A stretch of DNA of 61,667 nt, filler included, from Alphaproteobacteria bacterium (GCA_024280495.1; 7 parts of 7 records of this genome joined end to end with filler, not necessarily neighbours in it), one strand, 5' to 3'; positions 1 to 11,047 are shown, numbered from the whole stretch's first letter. Translations and numbers: made by a program. Notes: generated by a model not told the origin, from the sequence alone.

Positions 1-598
1 CCATTACAATACCCATAATTTCATAACGTTTTGCGTTTAACGCTTCATAGGATTTTTTAAAATTCGTAACAGCTATTTTTCCTCCCACAAGAATAACACG
101 AAAAATCGGTATTTCTAATTGAGAATCAGCTTCATAGGCCAAGTGGCGTGCATGAACAAGACGGCGTAAAACACGGGATAAAATCATCAAGAAAGTAAGC
201 GTACCCCACTGCACGAGAACAATGATAGATGGAATATCAATGGGTTGGGTGTGTGCTAGGGTCAAAAGAGGCCAGTAAACAAGGGATGCTAATGCCGTAG
301 TGACAATAATAAGAGCACATTGACGTAAGGTAACAAAACGCCAAACGCCTTTATAAGTTTGGAACCAGAGAAAAAAAGCCATGGATATAAGGGCTAAGAT
401 AGCAGATTGCTTTACCATGAAATTTGGAGATACAAGAGACTGACGATCTCCAAGAACAAAAGAGACGGCAATATAAAGAGACATTAAAGACAGTAAAACA
501 TCATAAGAAAAAATCCAAATGCGCTTATCAGTCACATCAAATTTTTTTGACATATTTTGAAAGGTTCGAATGTTTTTCATTTTTTGAACAAGTGACAT
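1..598 (-). CDS. Polysaccharide biosynthesis protein (CapD/PglF-like nucleoside-diphosphate sugar dehydratase), N-terminal membrane part, runs off window start
   Basis: Not in the ORF track. Manual translation from ATG at 598 is open to base 1: several TM segments, the 'YKGVWRF' motif, then 'RVILVGG' as in CapD-family N-termini. Confidence 0.7.
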   Translation of the reverse strand, partial: MSLVQKMKNIRTFQNMSKKFDVTDKRIWIFSYDVLLSLMSLYIAVSFVLGDRQSLVSPNFMVKQSAILALISMAFFLWFQTYKGVWRFVTLRQCALIIVTTALASLVYWPLLTLAHTQPIDIPSIIVLVQWGTLTFLMILSRVLRRLVHARHLAYEADSQLEIPIFRVILVGGKIAVTNFKKSYEALNAKRYEIMGIVM

Positions 599-780
599 GG
601 TAACTTTTTATGTTAATTTTTTTTATATTTTAAACCTATAGGAAGCTCTGTGGAAGTCCCTAATAGGTCGCCATAATAGATATTTTTATAAAAAATATGA
701 AAAGTCAAAATCCCAACTTAATGAAAGTATTGGAAAATTAACAATGTAACAAAAAAGTTGAGAATCTTTTCCTTGAACCC

Positions 781-2214
781 TTAATAACTTAAATATACCC
801 CTTTTGGACACCAAAAGCCCTCATTATCATCACTTGAATTTTCCGAAGAACATGGATCTTCAGAATCAGAAAATTCGATTTCATTAGTTCGGATATTTAG
901 AAACTTCAGTTTCTTAAGCTTAATAAAAGCATATGAATTAATTTTATAAATCTTATTTCTATTGAGAATTAGGTTTTTTAATGATTCGAGGCCATAAAAG
1001 ATGTCCTTTTCAAGAACACTAATTTTATTTCTACTAAGATCTAAAGTTATCAATTTTTTAAGTTGAGAAAAGGCCTTATCTTTAATAAAGTTGATTTTAT
1101 TATAGTTGAGGTGCATATACATTAACAACTCAAGCCCTTCAAAGGTTTCTTCATTAAGAACGCTAATTTTATTTCGGCTAAGATCTAAAGTTTTCAAGGT
1201 GTTAATAGATGAAAATACACCATTATCCATAATATTAATTTCATTTCTACTAAGGTCCAAATCAACCAAAGACTGAAGTCCCTTGAAGGCATTTGTTTGA
1301 ATAAGGGAAATTTGATTTTTATAAAAGTATAGATATTTAAGTACCCCAAGCCCTTCAAAGGTTCCTTCATTAAGAACACTAATTTTGTTGCAACTGAGAT
1401 CTAGAGATTCTAACATAAAAAGTCCCTCAAAGGTCTTGGGATAAAGCTGATTGATTTTATTTTCATCGAGACTCAAATGTTTTAATCGACTTAGCCCCTC
1501 AAAGGTTCCTTCATTAATGAGATCAATTTTATTCCAACTAAGATCTAGAGATTCTAATTTTTTTAAATATAATAAGGCATCTCTATCAATAACTCTGATA
1601 TTATTACCACTAAGATTTAGAAACCTTAAAGAACCAAGATCAACTAAATCTCTAACATTAAGTGCTTTGATATTGTTACATTTAAGATCTAGACGAATTA
1701 ATTTACTTAATTTTCTCAAGCTACTTGGTATAATAGCAAGTTTCTTACCATCCAATGAGATTACTTTTGTCATGGAACTATCAGACTCAGTAATTATTTT
1801 CGTGGCGTCAATCAAATCTTGGAACATGCCCATTAGACTTGATTTATAATCATCCACTAACCAGTTTTTATATTTTCCAACAGAAATATAATCAAGAAAA
1901 CACCGTTCTTGAAGACGTTCAGTATCTTCCTGAATGAAAGAATAAGATAAATAGACCTTACTTTCCAAGGCTATATTTATAAAAGTATTTTCAATCCAGT
2001 CTTTGATTCCCATGCAAGTTTTACCTTCAATGGTGATCGTTGAATTCCAATGCCAAGGAGAATCACCAGTAACCTCTGTTAGACTAGGTCTTGGCGAGGG
2101 TATCTTATAGAACATGTCATCGTCACTACTTGTCACACTATCTGATGAATAAGAATTCTTTGATATTAAAAAAATAGATAAAACTACTAGAGTAATTTCT
2201 TTAAATTTAATCAC
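781..2214 (-). CDS. Secreted leucine-rich repeat protein (~12 x 24-aa LRRs)
   Basis: Signal-peptide-like N-terminus (MIKFKEITLVVLSIFLISKNSYS); repeated LxxLxLSxNKIxxLxxxTFEGL units with 24-aa period. Confidence 0.9.
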   Translation of the reverse strand: MIKFKEITLVVLSIFLISKNSYSSDSVTSSDDDMFYKIPSPRPSLTEVTGDSPWHWNSTITIEGKTCMGIKDWIENTFINIALESKVYLSYSFIQEDTERLQERCFLDYISVGKYKNWLVDDYKSSLMGMFQDLIDATKIITESDSSMTKVISLDGKKLAIIPSSLRKLSKLIRLDLKCNNIKALNVRDLVDLGSLRFLNLSGNNIRVIDRDALLYLKKLESLDLSWNKIDLINEGTFEGLSRLKHLSLDENKINQLYPKTFEGLFMLESLDLSCNKISVLNEGTFEGLGVLKYLYFYKNQISLIQTNAFKGLQSLVDLDLSRNEINIMDNGVFSSINTLKTLDLSRNKISVLNEETFEGLELLMYMHLNYNKINFIKDKAFSQLKKLITLDLSRNKISVLEKDIFYGLESLKNLILNRNKIYKINSYAFIKLKKLKFLNIRTNEIEFSDSEDPCSSENSSDDNEGFWCPKGVYLSY

Positions 2215-2255
2215 TTTTTTTCTCCCTGTTTAAATTGTCGTCGAGGCATCATTTT

Positions 2256-3770
2256 TTAATGATGATCAAGTTTTTCGCGTAAAATATCATTAATGGTTTT
2301 GGGGTTTCCGTTACCTTGCATGGCTTTCATAACTTGACCAACAAAAAATCCAAAAAGTTTATCTTTACCACCGCGATATTGCTCAACTTTATCCTGGTTA
2401 TTTGTAATAATTTCATCAACAATAACGTTAATGGCACCGTCGTCGCTTACCTGTTGTAGGCCTTTTTCTTCGATGATGGATTTTGGCATAGCACCACTCT
2501 CCCACATATCAGGGAAAATTTTCTTGGCTATTTTTCCTGAAATCGTGTCATCTGCAATAACGTCAACAAGTTCAGCCAGCATTTCTGGAGTGATTTTAGA
2601 ATCTCTGAGTTCAACATTTTCTTTATTAAGAAAACCAAATAATTCACCAGTCAACCAGTTCACTAAGAGTTTAATACTGCTTGAGCTTTTATTTTGAATT
2701 TTTAACAGAGCACCTTCGAAATATGCAGACGTATCTATATCTGCTGTCAAGACTCCTGCGTCATATGAGTTCAACTCATAATCAGCCTTATAACGCTTTT
2801 TCTTTTCATCAGGTAATTCTGGCATAGTGCTTTTAATACGATCCACAACATTTTGAGAGATAACCAAAGGTGGTAAATCAGGATCTGGGAAATAACGATA
2901 ATCGTGGGCGTCTTCCTTTGAACGCATGGAACGTGTTACGCCTTTAGCGGGATCAAAAAGACGCGTTTCTTGAATGACTTTTTCACCATGTTCTAAAAGG
3001 TCACGTTGACGATCAATTTCGTAAGCAATGGCCTGCCCCATAAAACGAATGGAGTTCACATTTTTAATTTCAGCCCGCGTCCCAAGTTCAGCACCTGGGC
3101 GACGTAATGAAATATTCACGTCAGCACGCATACTGCCTTGCTCCATGTTCCCATCACAAGTTCCAAGACATCGCAAAAGAGACCGTAATTTTTTTACATA
3201 GGCTTGTGCCTCGGCAATACTGCGCATATCAGGGTCAGAAACAATTTCCATCAAAGCGACACCACAACGGTTTAAGTCAATATAGGTTTGTGTTGGATGT
3301 TGATCATGGATACTTTTTCCAGCATCTTGTTCCAGATGTAAACGCTCAATACCAATACGGCGTTCCATTATATTTTTATCTTGATCTTCGATTTCAATAT
3401 CAAGGTGCCCCTTACCAACAATAGGCGTTTTAAATTGTGAAATCTGGTACCCTTGAGGTAAATCCGCATAAAAATAGTTTTTACGGTCAAATAAAGAAGT
3501 TAAGTTGATTTTAGAATCAAGGCCCAATCCTGTTTTAATGGCTTGCTCAACACATACGCGATTAATAACAGGTAACATGCCTGGAAATGCCGCATCAACA
3601 AGGGAAACTTGTGTATTCGGATCTGCACCAAAATTTGTTGAAGCCCCTGAAAAAAGCTTGGCTTTAGAGATAATCTGAGCATGAACTTCAAGACCAATCA
3701 CCAGTTCCCAGTAACCTTCTTGTCCTTTAATCCACCTTGGATCAACTTTATTCTCTACAGTTTTATTCAT
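2256..3770 (-). CDS. gatB: Asp/Glu-tRNA amidotransferase subunit B
   Basis: [37 protein letters not shown] and YRYFPDPDL motifs. Confidence 0.98.
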   Translation of the reverse strand: MNKTVENKVDPRWIKGQEGYWELVIGLEVHAQIISKAKLFSGASTNFGADPNTQVSLVDAAFPGMLPVINRVCVEQAIKTGLGLDSKINLTSLFDRKNYFYADLPQGYQISQFKTPIVGKGHLDIEIEDQDKNIMERRIGIERLHLEQDAGKSIHDQHPTQTYIDLNRCGVALMEIVSDPDMRSIAEAQAYVKKLRSLLRCLGTCDGNMEQGSMRADVNISLRRPGAELGTRAEIKNVNSIRFMGQAIAYEIDRQRDLLEHGEKVIQETRLFDPAKGVTRSMRSKEDAHDYRYFPDPDLPPLVISQNVVDRIKSTMPELPDEKKKRYKADYELNSYDAGVLTADIDTSAYFEGALLKIQNKSSSSIKLLVNWLTGELFGFLNKENVELRDSKITPEMLAELVDVIADDTISGKIAKKIFPDMWESGAMPKSIIEEKGLQQVSDDGAINVIVDEIITNNQDKVEQYRGGKDKLFGFFVGQVMKAMQGNGNPKTINDILREKLDHH

Positions 3771-5254
3771 GAGATTCTCCCAACGTTAGTGGCAAGGCCT
3801 TGGAAATTTGCAGCTGTTTCCAAAAAGAGACCTGCATTTAATAAACGTGTTTCTTGTAATTTTGGGGCAATCAACTGCATCCCCAAGGGCAGACCTTTAC
3901 TTGAAAAGCCAGAAGGGATGGACATGGCTGGTAGCCCCGAAATATTTGCTGTTACCGTTAGAATGTCATTCATATACATGGCAATGGGATCTTTTGGTTC
4001 TTCACCAATGGCAAAGGCTGGTGTTGGCGTTGTGGGAGTTAAAATTACATCCACTTTCTTATAAGCTTCCTCAAAATCTTGACAAATCAAACGACGTACT
4101 TTAAGGGCTTTAACGAAATAAGCATCATAATAACCAGCAGATAAAACATAAGTTCCCGTCATAATTCGACGTTTGACTTCATCGCCAAAGCCTTCACCCC
4201 GTGTTTTTTCATAAAGATTATCAAGACTCGTCACATCTTCGGCACGGTGACCAAATCGCACGCCATCATAACGAGCAAGGTTTGAAGAGGCTTCTGCTGG
4301 TGCCAAAATATAATAAGCTGGCAACGCATATTTTGAATGTGGTAAGGAAATATCAATGATTTCCGCCCCATTTTCTTGATACCAAGCGATGGATTTTTTC
4401 CAGAGATCTTCAATTTCAGAATCCAAGCCACCCACTTGATATTCTTTTGGAATACCAATTTTCAAGCCTTTCACGTCACCAGTCATAAGGGTATTATAAG
4501 AGGGTATTTCATACTTTAGAGACGTTGAATCTTTCGAGTCATACCCAGCCATCGCTTCTAGAATTAAAGCGGAATCCCGAACGGTTTTCGTTATTGGACC
4601 AGCTTGATCAAGGGAAGATGCAAAAGCCACCGTTCCATAACGAGAACAAAGCCCATAGGTAGGTTTAACACCCACTAAACCACAAAAAGCGGCTGGCTGG
4701 CGAATGGACCCCCCCGTATCAGTCCCCGTTGATGCCATAACAGATCCAGCAGCAACGGCTGCTGCTGATCCACCAGATGACCCACCAGGTACATATTCCT
4801 TGTTCAAATCATCAGTTGCTTTCCACGGATTTTTCACTGGACCATAAGCACTTGTAAGATTAGCAGATCCCATGGCAAATTCGTCTAAATTCAATTTACC
4901 CATCATAACGGCACCAGCAGACCATAAATTTTGCGTCACAGTGGATTCATAGGGAGGAATAAAATTAGAAAGAATTTTAGAACCAGCCGTTGTTTTGACA
5001 CCCCTCGTGCAAAAAAGATCCTTAATCCCAATGGGTAAACCTTCCATAATGCCAGCGACATCATCGGCAAGGCGCGCATCGGCATTTTCTGCCCCAGATA
5101 AGGCAAGGTCAGCAGTTTCAGTAATAAAAGCGTTCAAATCGCGTGTCGCTTCCATTTTTTTGATATGAGCTTTCGTAAGCTCTACGGAAGAGAATTTTTT
5201 TAAAGCGAGGCCTTCTTTGGCCTCCAGCATTGAAAGTGTTGTTAAATCAGTCAT
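3767..5254 (-). CDS. gatA: Asp/Glu-tRNA amidotransferase subunit A
   Basis: Amidase signature [12 protein letters not shown]...[12 protein letters not shown]; start more likely MTDLTT (5254), just after the gatC stop, than 5284. Confidence 0.97.
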   Translation of the reverse strand: MTDLTTLSMLEAKEGLALKKFSSVELTKAHIKKMEATRDLNAFITETADLALSGAENADARLADDVAGIMEGLPIGIKDLFCTRGVKTTAGSKILSNFIPPYESTVTQNLWSAGAVMMGKLNLDEFAMGSANLTSAYGPVKNPWKATDDLNKEYVPGGSSGGSAAAVAAGSVMASTGTDTGGSIRQPAAFCGLVGVKPTYGLCSRYGTVAFASSLDQAGPITKTVRDSALILEAMAGYDSKDSTSLKYEIPSYNTLMTGDVKGLKIGIPKEYQVGGLDSEIEDLWKKSIAWYQENGAEIIDISLPHSKYALPAYYILAPAEASSNLARYDGVRFGHRAEDVTSLDNLYEKTRGEGFGDEVKRRIMTGTYVLSAGYYDAYFVKALKVRRLICQDFEEAYKKVDVILTPTTPTPAFAIGEEPKDPIAMYMNDILTVTANISGLPAMSIPSGFSSKGLPLGMQLIAPKLQETRLLNAGLFLETAANFQGLATNVGRIS

Positions 5255-5258
5255 TTTC

Positions 5259-5546
5259 TTACTCCACGACTTTGGGAACGGCAAACATATTTAGTTCTTT
5301 TTCAGGGGCATTGGACAAAATACAACGCGCTTTATCACCATCGGTTACGACGTCTTCGCGGATAGGCATTTCCGTTAAATGAACACTTGTCAGTGGTGCA
5401 ATATTATCCGTATTAACGTCGCCCAATTGCTCAACCCAAGTTAAAATCTTACTCAATCCTTCTTGCTGAGCAGGAATTTCTGCATCGGAAATTTGAATCC
5501 GAGAGAGTTTAGCTATTTTTCGCACGGTTTTTTCATCAATATGCAT
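5259..5546 (-). CDS. gatC: Asp/Glu-tRNA amidotransferase subunit C
   Basis: 95 aa, '[10 protein letters not shown]...REDVVTDG...NAP...FAVPKVVE'; first gene of gatCAB. Confidence 0.96.
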   Translation of the reverse strand: MHIDEKTVRKIAKLSRIQISDAEIPAQQEGLSKILTWVEQLGDVNTDNIAPLTSVHLTEMPIREDVVTDGDKARCILSNAPEKELNMFAVPKVVE

Positions 5547-5616
5547 GACGTTATTTCCTTAATTTTATTATTAAGATATAGATCCAAATCTTGTAAGGCA
5601 AGTTTTTTTGATTTTA

Positions 5617-5716
5617 NNNNNNNNNNNNNNNNNNNNNNNNNNNNNNNNNNNNNNNNNNNNTTAATTAATTAANNNNNNNNNNNNNNNNNNNNNNNNNNNN
5701 NNNNNNNNNNNNNNNN
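5617..5716. other. Artificial contig-joining spacer
   Basis: N44-TTAATTAATTAA-N44, with stops in all six frames. Confidence 0.98.
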
Positions 5717-5717
5717 T

Positions 5718-6446
5718 AAAGGCGAGGTCATTATTAATCTAGATGCTGACCTTCAAAATCCCCCAGAAGAAATTCCGCGCTTTCTCGAGAAATACGAAGA
5801 AGGATACGATTATATTGGATCCATCAGAAACGGTCGCAAGGACAACTATTGGCTCCGCAGCCTCCCTTCCAAAATGGTGAACAAACTTCGTGGAAAAGTA
5901 ACCAATATCCATATCACAGACCAAGGCTGCATGATGCGCCTTTATGCTCGCCGCATCGTGGACCTCATCACACAATGTGATGAATCGTCCACTTTTATCA
6001 CCGCCCTTGGCTATCGTTTTGCCACAAATCCAACGGAAATTTTGATCCGCCATGATGCCCGTGAAGAAGGTGAATCCAAATATGACGTGTATCGCCTCAT
6101 CCGCGTAACTTTTGACTTGTTTACTGGTTTTTCCATGGCGCCTCTCCATGTTTGTACGGTTTTTGGATCTATAGTTTCTTTTCTCAGCGGGATTCTTGTT
6201 GCTTATCTTGTGGCTCGTCGACTTATTGTTGGCCCCGAGGCACAGGGGATGTTCACCCTTATGACCATCGTTATTTTTCTCATTAGTGTTGCTATTCTTG
6301 GCATTGGTATTGTGGGCGAATATGTAGGTCGTATTTATGAAGTTGTGCGACGCCGACCAAGATTTCTAATTAAAGAAATTTTAGACACAATACCTGTAAA
6401 AAAAACATCTCCCAAAGCAACTCATAAAAAAAAGAAAGATAAATAA
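5718..6446 (+). CDS. arnC: ArnC-like GT2 polyprenol-phosphate glycosyltransferase (5'-truncated by contig start)
   Basis: Frame is open from the contig start: KGEVIINLDADLQNPPEEIP (DxD motif); two C-terminal TM helices and GEYVGRIY..VR.RP; adjacent to an arnA-like gene. Confidence 0.8.
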   Translation, partial: KGEVIINLDADLQNPPEEIPRFLEKYEEGYDYIGSIRNGRKDNYWLRSLPSKMVNKLRGKVTNIHITDQGCMMRLYARRIVDLITQCDESSTFITALGYRFATNPTEILIRHDAREEGESKYDVYRLIRVTFDLFTGFSMAPLHVCTVFGSIVSFLSGILVAYLVARRLIVGPEAQGMFTLMTIVIFLISVAILGIGIVGEYVGRIYEVVRRRPRFLIKEILDTIPVKKTSPKATHKKKKDK

Positions 6447-6448
6447 AT

Positions 6449-7495
6449 ATGAAAACACCTCTAAAAATTCTTATTCTTGGTGTCAACGGTTTTATCGGTA
6501 GCACCCTCACTGACAAAATAATGGAAACAAAAGATTGGACCGTTATAGGTCTTGACCGTGATGATGATAACCTTGATAAATCTCTCGGTAATGAACGTTT
6601 TCATTTTACAAAAGGCGATGTTTTTGAAAAGGAAAACTGGATCGAAGAACAAGTTAAAGCCTGTGATATTGTATTGCCCCTTGTGGCCATTGCCAATCCA
6701 GCCATTTATGTTTCCGATCCTTTACGTGTTTTCAAACTTGATTTTGAATCCAATCTTGAAGTAGTACGCTTATGCGTTAAATACAAAAAACGTCTTATTT
6801 TCCCCTCTACTTCAGAGGTTTATGGCATGTGTGACGATGATGCCTTTGATGAAGAAACATCAAATCTTGTGTTGGGACCTATTAATAAAGAGCGCTGGAT
6901 TTACTCTTGTTCCAAACAAATGCTAGACCGTGTGATTTATGCCTATGGCCAAAAAGAAGGGCTTAACTATACTTTATTCCGTCCCTTTAACTGGATTGGC
7001 CCTCGCTTAGATCGCCTCAACGAAACACCAGGTGCCAGCGCTAGGTCCTTGACGCTTTTCCTCTCAAATATCCTTCATCACGGTGAAATTAAACTCATCA
7101 ACGGTGGAAATCAACGTCGTTGCTTCACAGATATTGACGAAGGTATTGATGGCATCATGCGTATTATCGAAAATAAAGATAACAAGGCCAACGGCCGTAT
7201 TTTTAACCTAGGTAATCCAAAAAACGATTATTCCATCAAAGACATGGTCACGATACTTTTGTCGAAAATTAAAAATTATCCACAGTATGCTCACCTAGCA
7301 AGCACTACAAAAATCACCATTGTTGATGGGCAAAAATACTTTGGAGCGGGTTACCAAGACCCAGGATTTCGTGTTCCTGCTATTCATAATGCAAAAGAAC
7401 ACCTTGATTGGGAACCTCATTCAACCCTTGATGATATTTTGACAAAAACTTTGGATCATTACCTTATGGATAAAAAAGTCAAAGCCACAGTATAG
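6449..7495 (+). CDS. arnA: Stand-alone UDP-glucuronate oxidase/decarboxylase (ArnA C-terminal domain)
   Basis: ILILGVNGFIG, PLVAIANP..Y...PLRVF.LDFE.NL, FPSTSEVYG, RWIYSCSKQ, FRPFNWIGPRLD; no formyltransferase domain. Confidence 0.85.
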   Translation: MKTPLKILILGVNGFIGSTLTDKIMETKDWTVIGLDRDDDNLDKSLGNERFHFTKGDVFEKENWIEEQVKACDIVLPLVAIANPAIYVSDPLRVFKLDFESNLEVVRLCVKYKKRLIFPSTSEVYGMCDDDAFDEETSNLVLGPINKERWIYSCSKQMLDRVIYAYGQKEGLNYTLFRPFNWIGPRLDRLNETPGASARSLTLFLSNILHHGEIKLINGGNQRRCFTDIDEGIDGIMRIIENKDNKANGRIFNLGNPKNDYSIKDMVTILLSKIKNYPQYAHLASTTKITIVDGQKYFGAGYQDPGFRVPAIHNAKEHLDWEPHSTLDDILTKTLDHYLMDKKVKATV

Positions 7496-7507
7496 TCATT
7501 TCAAAAA
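7491..7507 (+). repeat. Isolated terminal fragment of the 107-bp palindromic repeat
   Basis: TATAGTCATTTCAAAAA matches the element end (TATAGTCAYTCCAAAAA); its TAG is the arnA stop codon. Confidence 0.45.
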
Positions 7508-7666
7508 CATTCAGTAATGGCGTGATTTTTAGATAATACTCTTGTATAGTTGTGGGGATAAGAAAAAAATTAAGCTTTTAAATCCTTCAGTATGACGCCC
7601 ACGTCTAGCATTTTTGGATGATAAGTTTATTAGCTACAAGAGTATTTACAGAGAGTTCTCCACATT

Positions 7667-8809
7667 ATGGGCCACACGCCTCAAGTTACTTATATTTCTC
7701 AATCTAAAACTTCTGGGAGCCTCATTCTTTCTGGGTGTTTTGAAGTAGATGAATGGTTCGTCTTGCGGGAAATTCTTTTGAAAATGCTTCAAGACTTACC
7801 CTCTTCCTTAAAGACCATCACCCTTGATTTTAAGACAGTTACCTCCATGGATACTTTTGGTAGCTGGCGTTTGGCATCCTTTATTAAGTCTCTTGAACAA
7901 AGAAAAACCATTGTTTCTTTGGATAGTTGTTCAAGTGATTGCCTTGAAATTATTCAAGAGCTCAAAGAATTTAAGGTTCCCTCCCATGTGAGCCAGGCCT
8001 TAAAGCCAGTTTCCGTAAATCCAATAACATTACTTGGAAGTAAAGTTCAAAAAAGTTGGCTTCAATTCGTAAGTTTGGTTACTTTTTTAGGGCGTGTTTT
8101 ACAGTCTTTTTGGTCCTGCATTTGGGACCCTCAAAAATTCCGTTATAAATCCTTTATCAAGTTTTTAGATTATACGGGGGTTCGAGCCCTCCCTATTATT
8201 GGACTTGTAGCCTTGTTGATTGGCGTGGTTCTTGTATATCAAGGGGTAAGCCAACTGGAAAAATTTGGGGCTGAAATTTTCACCGTTAACTTGTTGGCAG
8301 TTTCCGTCTTGCGAGAACTTGGGATTTTAATGACGGCTATTGTTGTTGCTGGACGTTCTGGTAGTGCTTTTACGGCGCAAATTGGATTCATGAAACTCAA
8401 TCAAGAAATAGACGCCATGAAGGTTTTAGGATTGGATCCTTATCAGCTTCTTGTGATTCCACGCATTCTTGCTCTCATGGTCGTTTTACCCTTATTGACG
8501 GTTTTTTGTGATCTCGTTGCTTTGGCTGGCGGCGCCTATATGTCCATGGAAATCATTGGGCTTTCCTTGGATCAATTCTTAAATCAGCTTCAACTAGCCA
8601 TTACGCCCGCAACTTTTTGGGTGGGAATTGCCAAAGCTCCTGTGTTTGCTTTTTTTATTGGGTTAATCGGTTGTTATGAAGGATTGCGCGTTAATGGTGG
8701 TGCAGAAGATGTGGGGCGCCGCACAACGAAATCCGTCGTGAAATCTATTTTTATGGTTATTGTTTTGAATGCTATTTTTTCTGTGGTGTTCTCGATTTTA
8801 AAAATTTAA
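7667..8809 (+). CDS. mlaE: MlaE-family lipid ABC transporter permease with N-terminal STAS-like domain
   Basis: LRELG.LMTAIVVAGRSGSAFTAQIG.MK.NQEIDAM motif; N-terminal 'VTSMDTFG' STAS-like segment. Confidence 0.9.
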   Translation: MGHTPQVTYISQSKTSGSLILSGCFEVDEWFVLREILLKMLQDLPSSLKTITLDFKTVTSMDTFGSWRLASFIKSLEQRKTIVSLDSCSSDCLEIIQELKEFKVPSHVSQALKPVSVNPITLLGSKVQKSWLQFVSLVTFLGRVLQSFWSCIWDPQKFRYKSFIKFLDYTGVRALPIIGLVALLIGVVLVYQGVSQLEKFGAEIFTVNLLAVSVLRELGILMTAIVVAGRSGSAFTAQIGFMKLNQEIDAMKVLGLDPYQLLVIPRILALMVVLPLLTVFCDLVALAGGAYMSMEIIGLSLDQFLNQLQLAITPATFWVGIAKAPVFAFFIGLIGCYEGLRVNGGAEDVGRRTTKSVVKSIFMVIVLNAIFSVVFSILKI

Positions 8810-8824
8810 AGGAAATTTTTTTTC

Positions 8825-9583
8825 GTGACTAAAATTATCGAAATCAAAAACTTAAAAACAATCATTAAATCCCAGGCTATCCATGATGGGTTAGCCATGA
8901 CCGTGGAACGCGGTCAGATTTTTGGTATTGTTGGGGGATCTGGCACGGGGAAAACTGTTTTGTTAAATGCTATGTTGGGACTACGCCCCCACCAAGATGG
9001 TATTATTAATCTCTTTGGGGTTGATAGCTCTATTGTAACGCAATCTTTTGAGTATAAAAAACGTATGGGAATTTTATTTCAAAGTGGGGCCCTATTCAGT
9101 TCTTTGAATGTTTTGCAGAATATTTGTGTACCAATGATTGAGCAGGGCGGTATTTCATTATCTTGTGCCCGTGATCTTGCTTACTATAAAATGCAACTTG
9201 TGGGTTTGCCCAGCAACACGGCAACAAAGTTCCCCTCGGACCTTTCAGGTGGGATGGTTAAGCGGGCGGCTCTGGCGCGGGCCCTAGCTCTTGATGCGGA
9301 TCTTGTTTTTTTGGATGAGCCAACATCGGGTCTCGATCCCATATCTGCTGAAAAATTTGATCAGCTCATCGTGAAATTAAAGAAAAATTTAGGTTTGACA
9401 GTTGTGATGATTACACACGACCTTGGTTCTCTTGCTATTTGTGATAAGGTCGGTGTTATTGTAGATAAAAAAATGATTGAAGGGCCCCTTGCGAAAGTTC
9501 GTAAAAATCCCCACCCTTGGATACAGGAGTATTTCTCTGGAAACAGAAGTAAGGGTATGCTGACATCAAATAAAAAAGAATAA
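8825..9583 (+). CDS. mlaF: MlaF-type ABC transporter ATP-binding protein
   Basis: Walker A GGSGTGKT, LSGGMVKR signature, FLDEPTSGLDP. Confidence 0.9.
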   Translation: MTKIIEIKNLKTIIKSQAIHDGLAMTVERGQIFGIVGGSGTGKTVLLNAMLGLRPHQDGIINLFGVDSSIVTQSFEYKKRMGILFQSGALFSSLNVLQNICVPMIEQGGISLSCARDLAYYKMQLVGLPSNTATKFPSDLSGGMVKRAALARALALDADLVFLDEPTSGLDPISAEKFDQLIVKLKKNLGLTVVMITHDLGSLAICDKVGVIVDKKMIEGPLAKVRKNPHPWIQEYFSGNRSKGMLTSNKKE

Positions 9584-9588
9584 AAAAT

Positions 9589-10407
9589 ATGGAAACAAAA
9601 CCGAATAGCTTTCTTGTTGGCATAGTAACCTTAGCAATTTTAATTGCTGGGACCCTTTTTGTTGTTTGGTTTTCCAAGGCAGATTTTGGTACGAAGCAAA
9701 ATTTATATCGCATTGATTTTGCAGGATCGGTTACAGGGCTCCGTGAAAACGAAGATGTTTTATATCAAGGTATTCCCATTGGTAAAGTTCGAAAAATTGG
9801 TGTTTATAAAAGCAATGTGAACCGTATTAAAGTTACCGTAGATATTAACCGCCCTGATTTGATCCGCGAAAGCAGTATTGCCACAATTGAGGCCCAGGGC
9901 CTTACTGGTTATACTTTTGTCCAGATAAAAGGCAGCGAGCAAGATAGCCCTTTGTTAAAAATTTCAAAGGGAGAAAAAATGCCGATTATTCACTCTAAAC
10001 GCTCTAGTCTTGAAACTCTTTTCTCGAAAGCTCCTGAACTCTTAGAGAAACTTACGGCCGTTGCGGTGCAATTGAATAAATTTTTTGATGACCGTATGAT
10101 TAAAGAATCTAGGATTACTTTTCAAAATTTAAAAACTCTCACAAAAGATTTAGCAGAGGGGCCAAATTCTTTGAAAAATGTATTGTCAGAATTTAAAAAT
10201 ACCTCGAAGTCCATGCGCCATTTAATTGAGTATAATAAAGAGTCCATAGCTCTGTTTTTTGAAACAGGGTTGCCAGCATTAACTCAAATGACAGGAAAGG
10301 TTGGCGGAGCTGCGGACCAAGTTTCAGATATGATGAAGATGGTGCGTCAAAGCCCCCTTTCAACACTTTCAGCGTCACATAACCAAGGATACAAAGTTGA
10401 TGGTTAA
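9589..10407 (+). CDS. mlaD: MlaD/MCE-domain periplasmic protein
   Basis: METK..F.VG N-terminal TM; 'GSVTGL....V.YQGIPIGKV' MCE motif; helical C-terminus. Confidence 0.85.
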   Translation: METKPNSFLVGIVTLAILIAGTLFVVWFSKADFGTKQNLYRIDFAGSVTGLRENEDVLYQGIPIGKVRKIGVYKSNVNRIKVTVDINRPDLIRESSIATIEAQGLTGYTFVQIKGSEQDSPLLKISKGEKMPIIHSKRSSLETLFSKAPELLEKLTAVAVQLNKFFDDRMIKESRITFQNLKTLTKDLAEGPNSLKNVLSEFKNTSKSMRHLIEYNKESIALFFETGLPALTQMTGKVGGAADQVSDMMKMVRQSPLSTLSASHNQGYKVDG

Positions 10408-11047
10408 TAATAAAATGCCTTTATTATTCTTTCTTTTTATGGCTCTTTTTTTACAAAATGGATGTGTAAGTTTGTTGCCAGATCCAGGTCCTGCGCCGCA
10501 AAAAATATTTTTGAATCCTTCAATAACTTATTCACCATTACCCAAAGGACGATCCAAAAGCATCGCCGTTTCAAAACCATTGACCCCGACACGTTATGAA
10601 AACAATCGTTTATCCGTCCGTCACTCCATTTATCACTCTGTTCCTCATAAAGAAAAAAAAGATCAAGACCTTATTACGGTAACCGATCATGTTTCAGGCG
10701 TTGTCATTCAAGGAAATTTACCAGACCTTATACAAGATCATTTGATAAAGGCACTTATGACCTCTGAAAAATTTAAAGCTGTTGGGTATGCTCAGGAGTC
10801 TTTTCACCGAGATAATATCATAGAAAGTTCCCTTGAGGCCTTTGATGTTATTATTGAAAAAAATAAAATTTATGCCAAAATTCAAATGACTGTAAAATTA
10901 TTATCGTCTAAAGGCAGAAAAATTATATGGCAAAAACAGTTTTCAGAGACAACACCTATCGCGGAACATAAAATTTCTGCCTTTGTTTTGGGGCTGACAT
11001 CAGCCTATGAGTCTGTTCTTTACCAGATCACAAAAGAGGTTCATTAA
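10397..11047 (+). CDS. PqiC-like ABC-type transport auxiliary lipoprotein
   Basis: Lipobox-like LQNGC after a hydrophobic stretch; fourth gene of the mlaEFD operon. Start may be 10400 or 10415. Confidence 0.7.
   Translation: MMVNNKMPLLFFLFMALFLQNGCVSLLPDPGPAPQKIFLNPSITYSPLPKGRSKSIAVSKPLTPTRYENNRLSVRHSIYHSVPHKEKKDQDLITVTDHVSGVVIQGNLPDLIQDHLIKALMTSEKFKAVGYAQESFHRDNIIESSLEAFDVIIEKNKIYAKIQMTVKLLSSKGRKIIWQKQFSETTPIAEHKISAFVLGLTSAYESVLYQITKEVH

Noticed and set aside
900..1720. 72-bp periodic DNA repeats as a CRISPR array
   Set aside because: They are coding LRR units; there are no unique spacers and no cas genes in the window.
5617..5716. TTAATTAATTAA repeated six times as a biological repeat or CtrA/PacI site
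   Set aside because: Always centred in N44 padding; a synthetic six-frame-stop linker.
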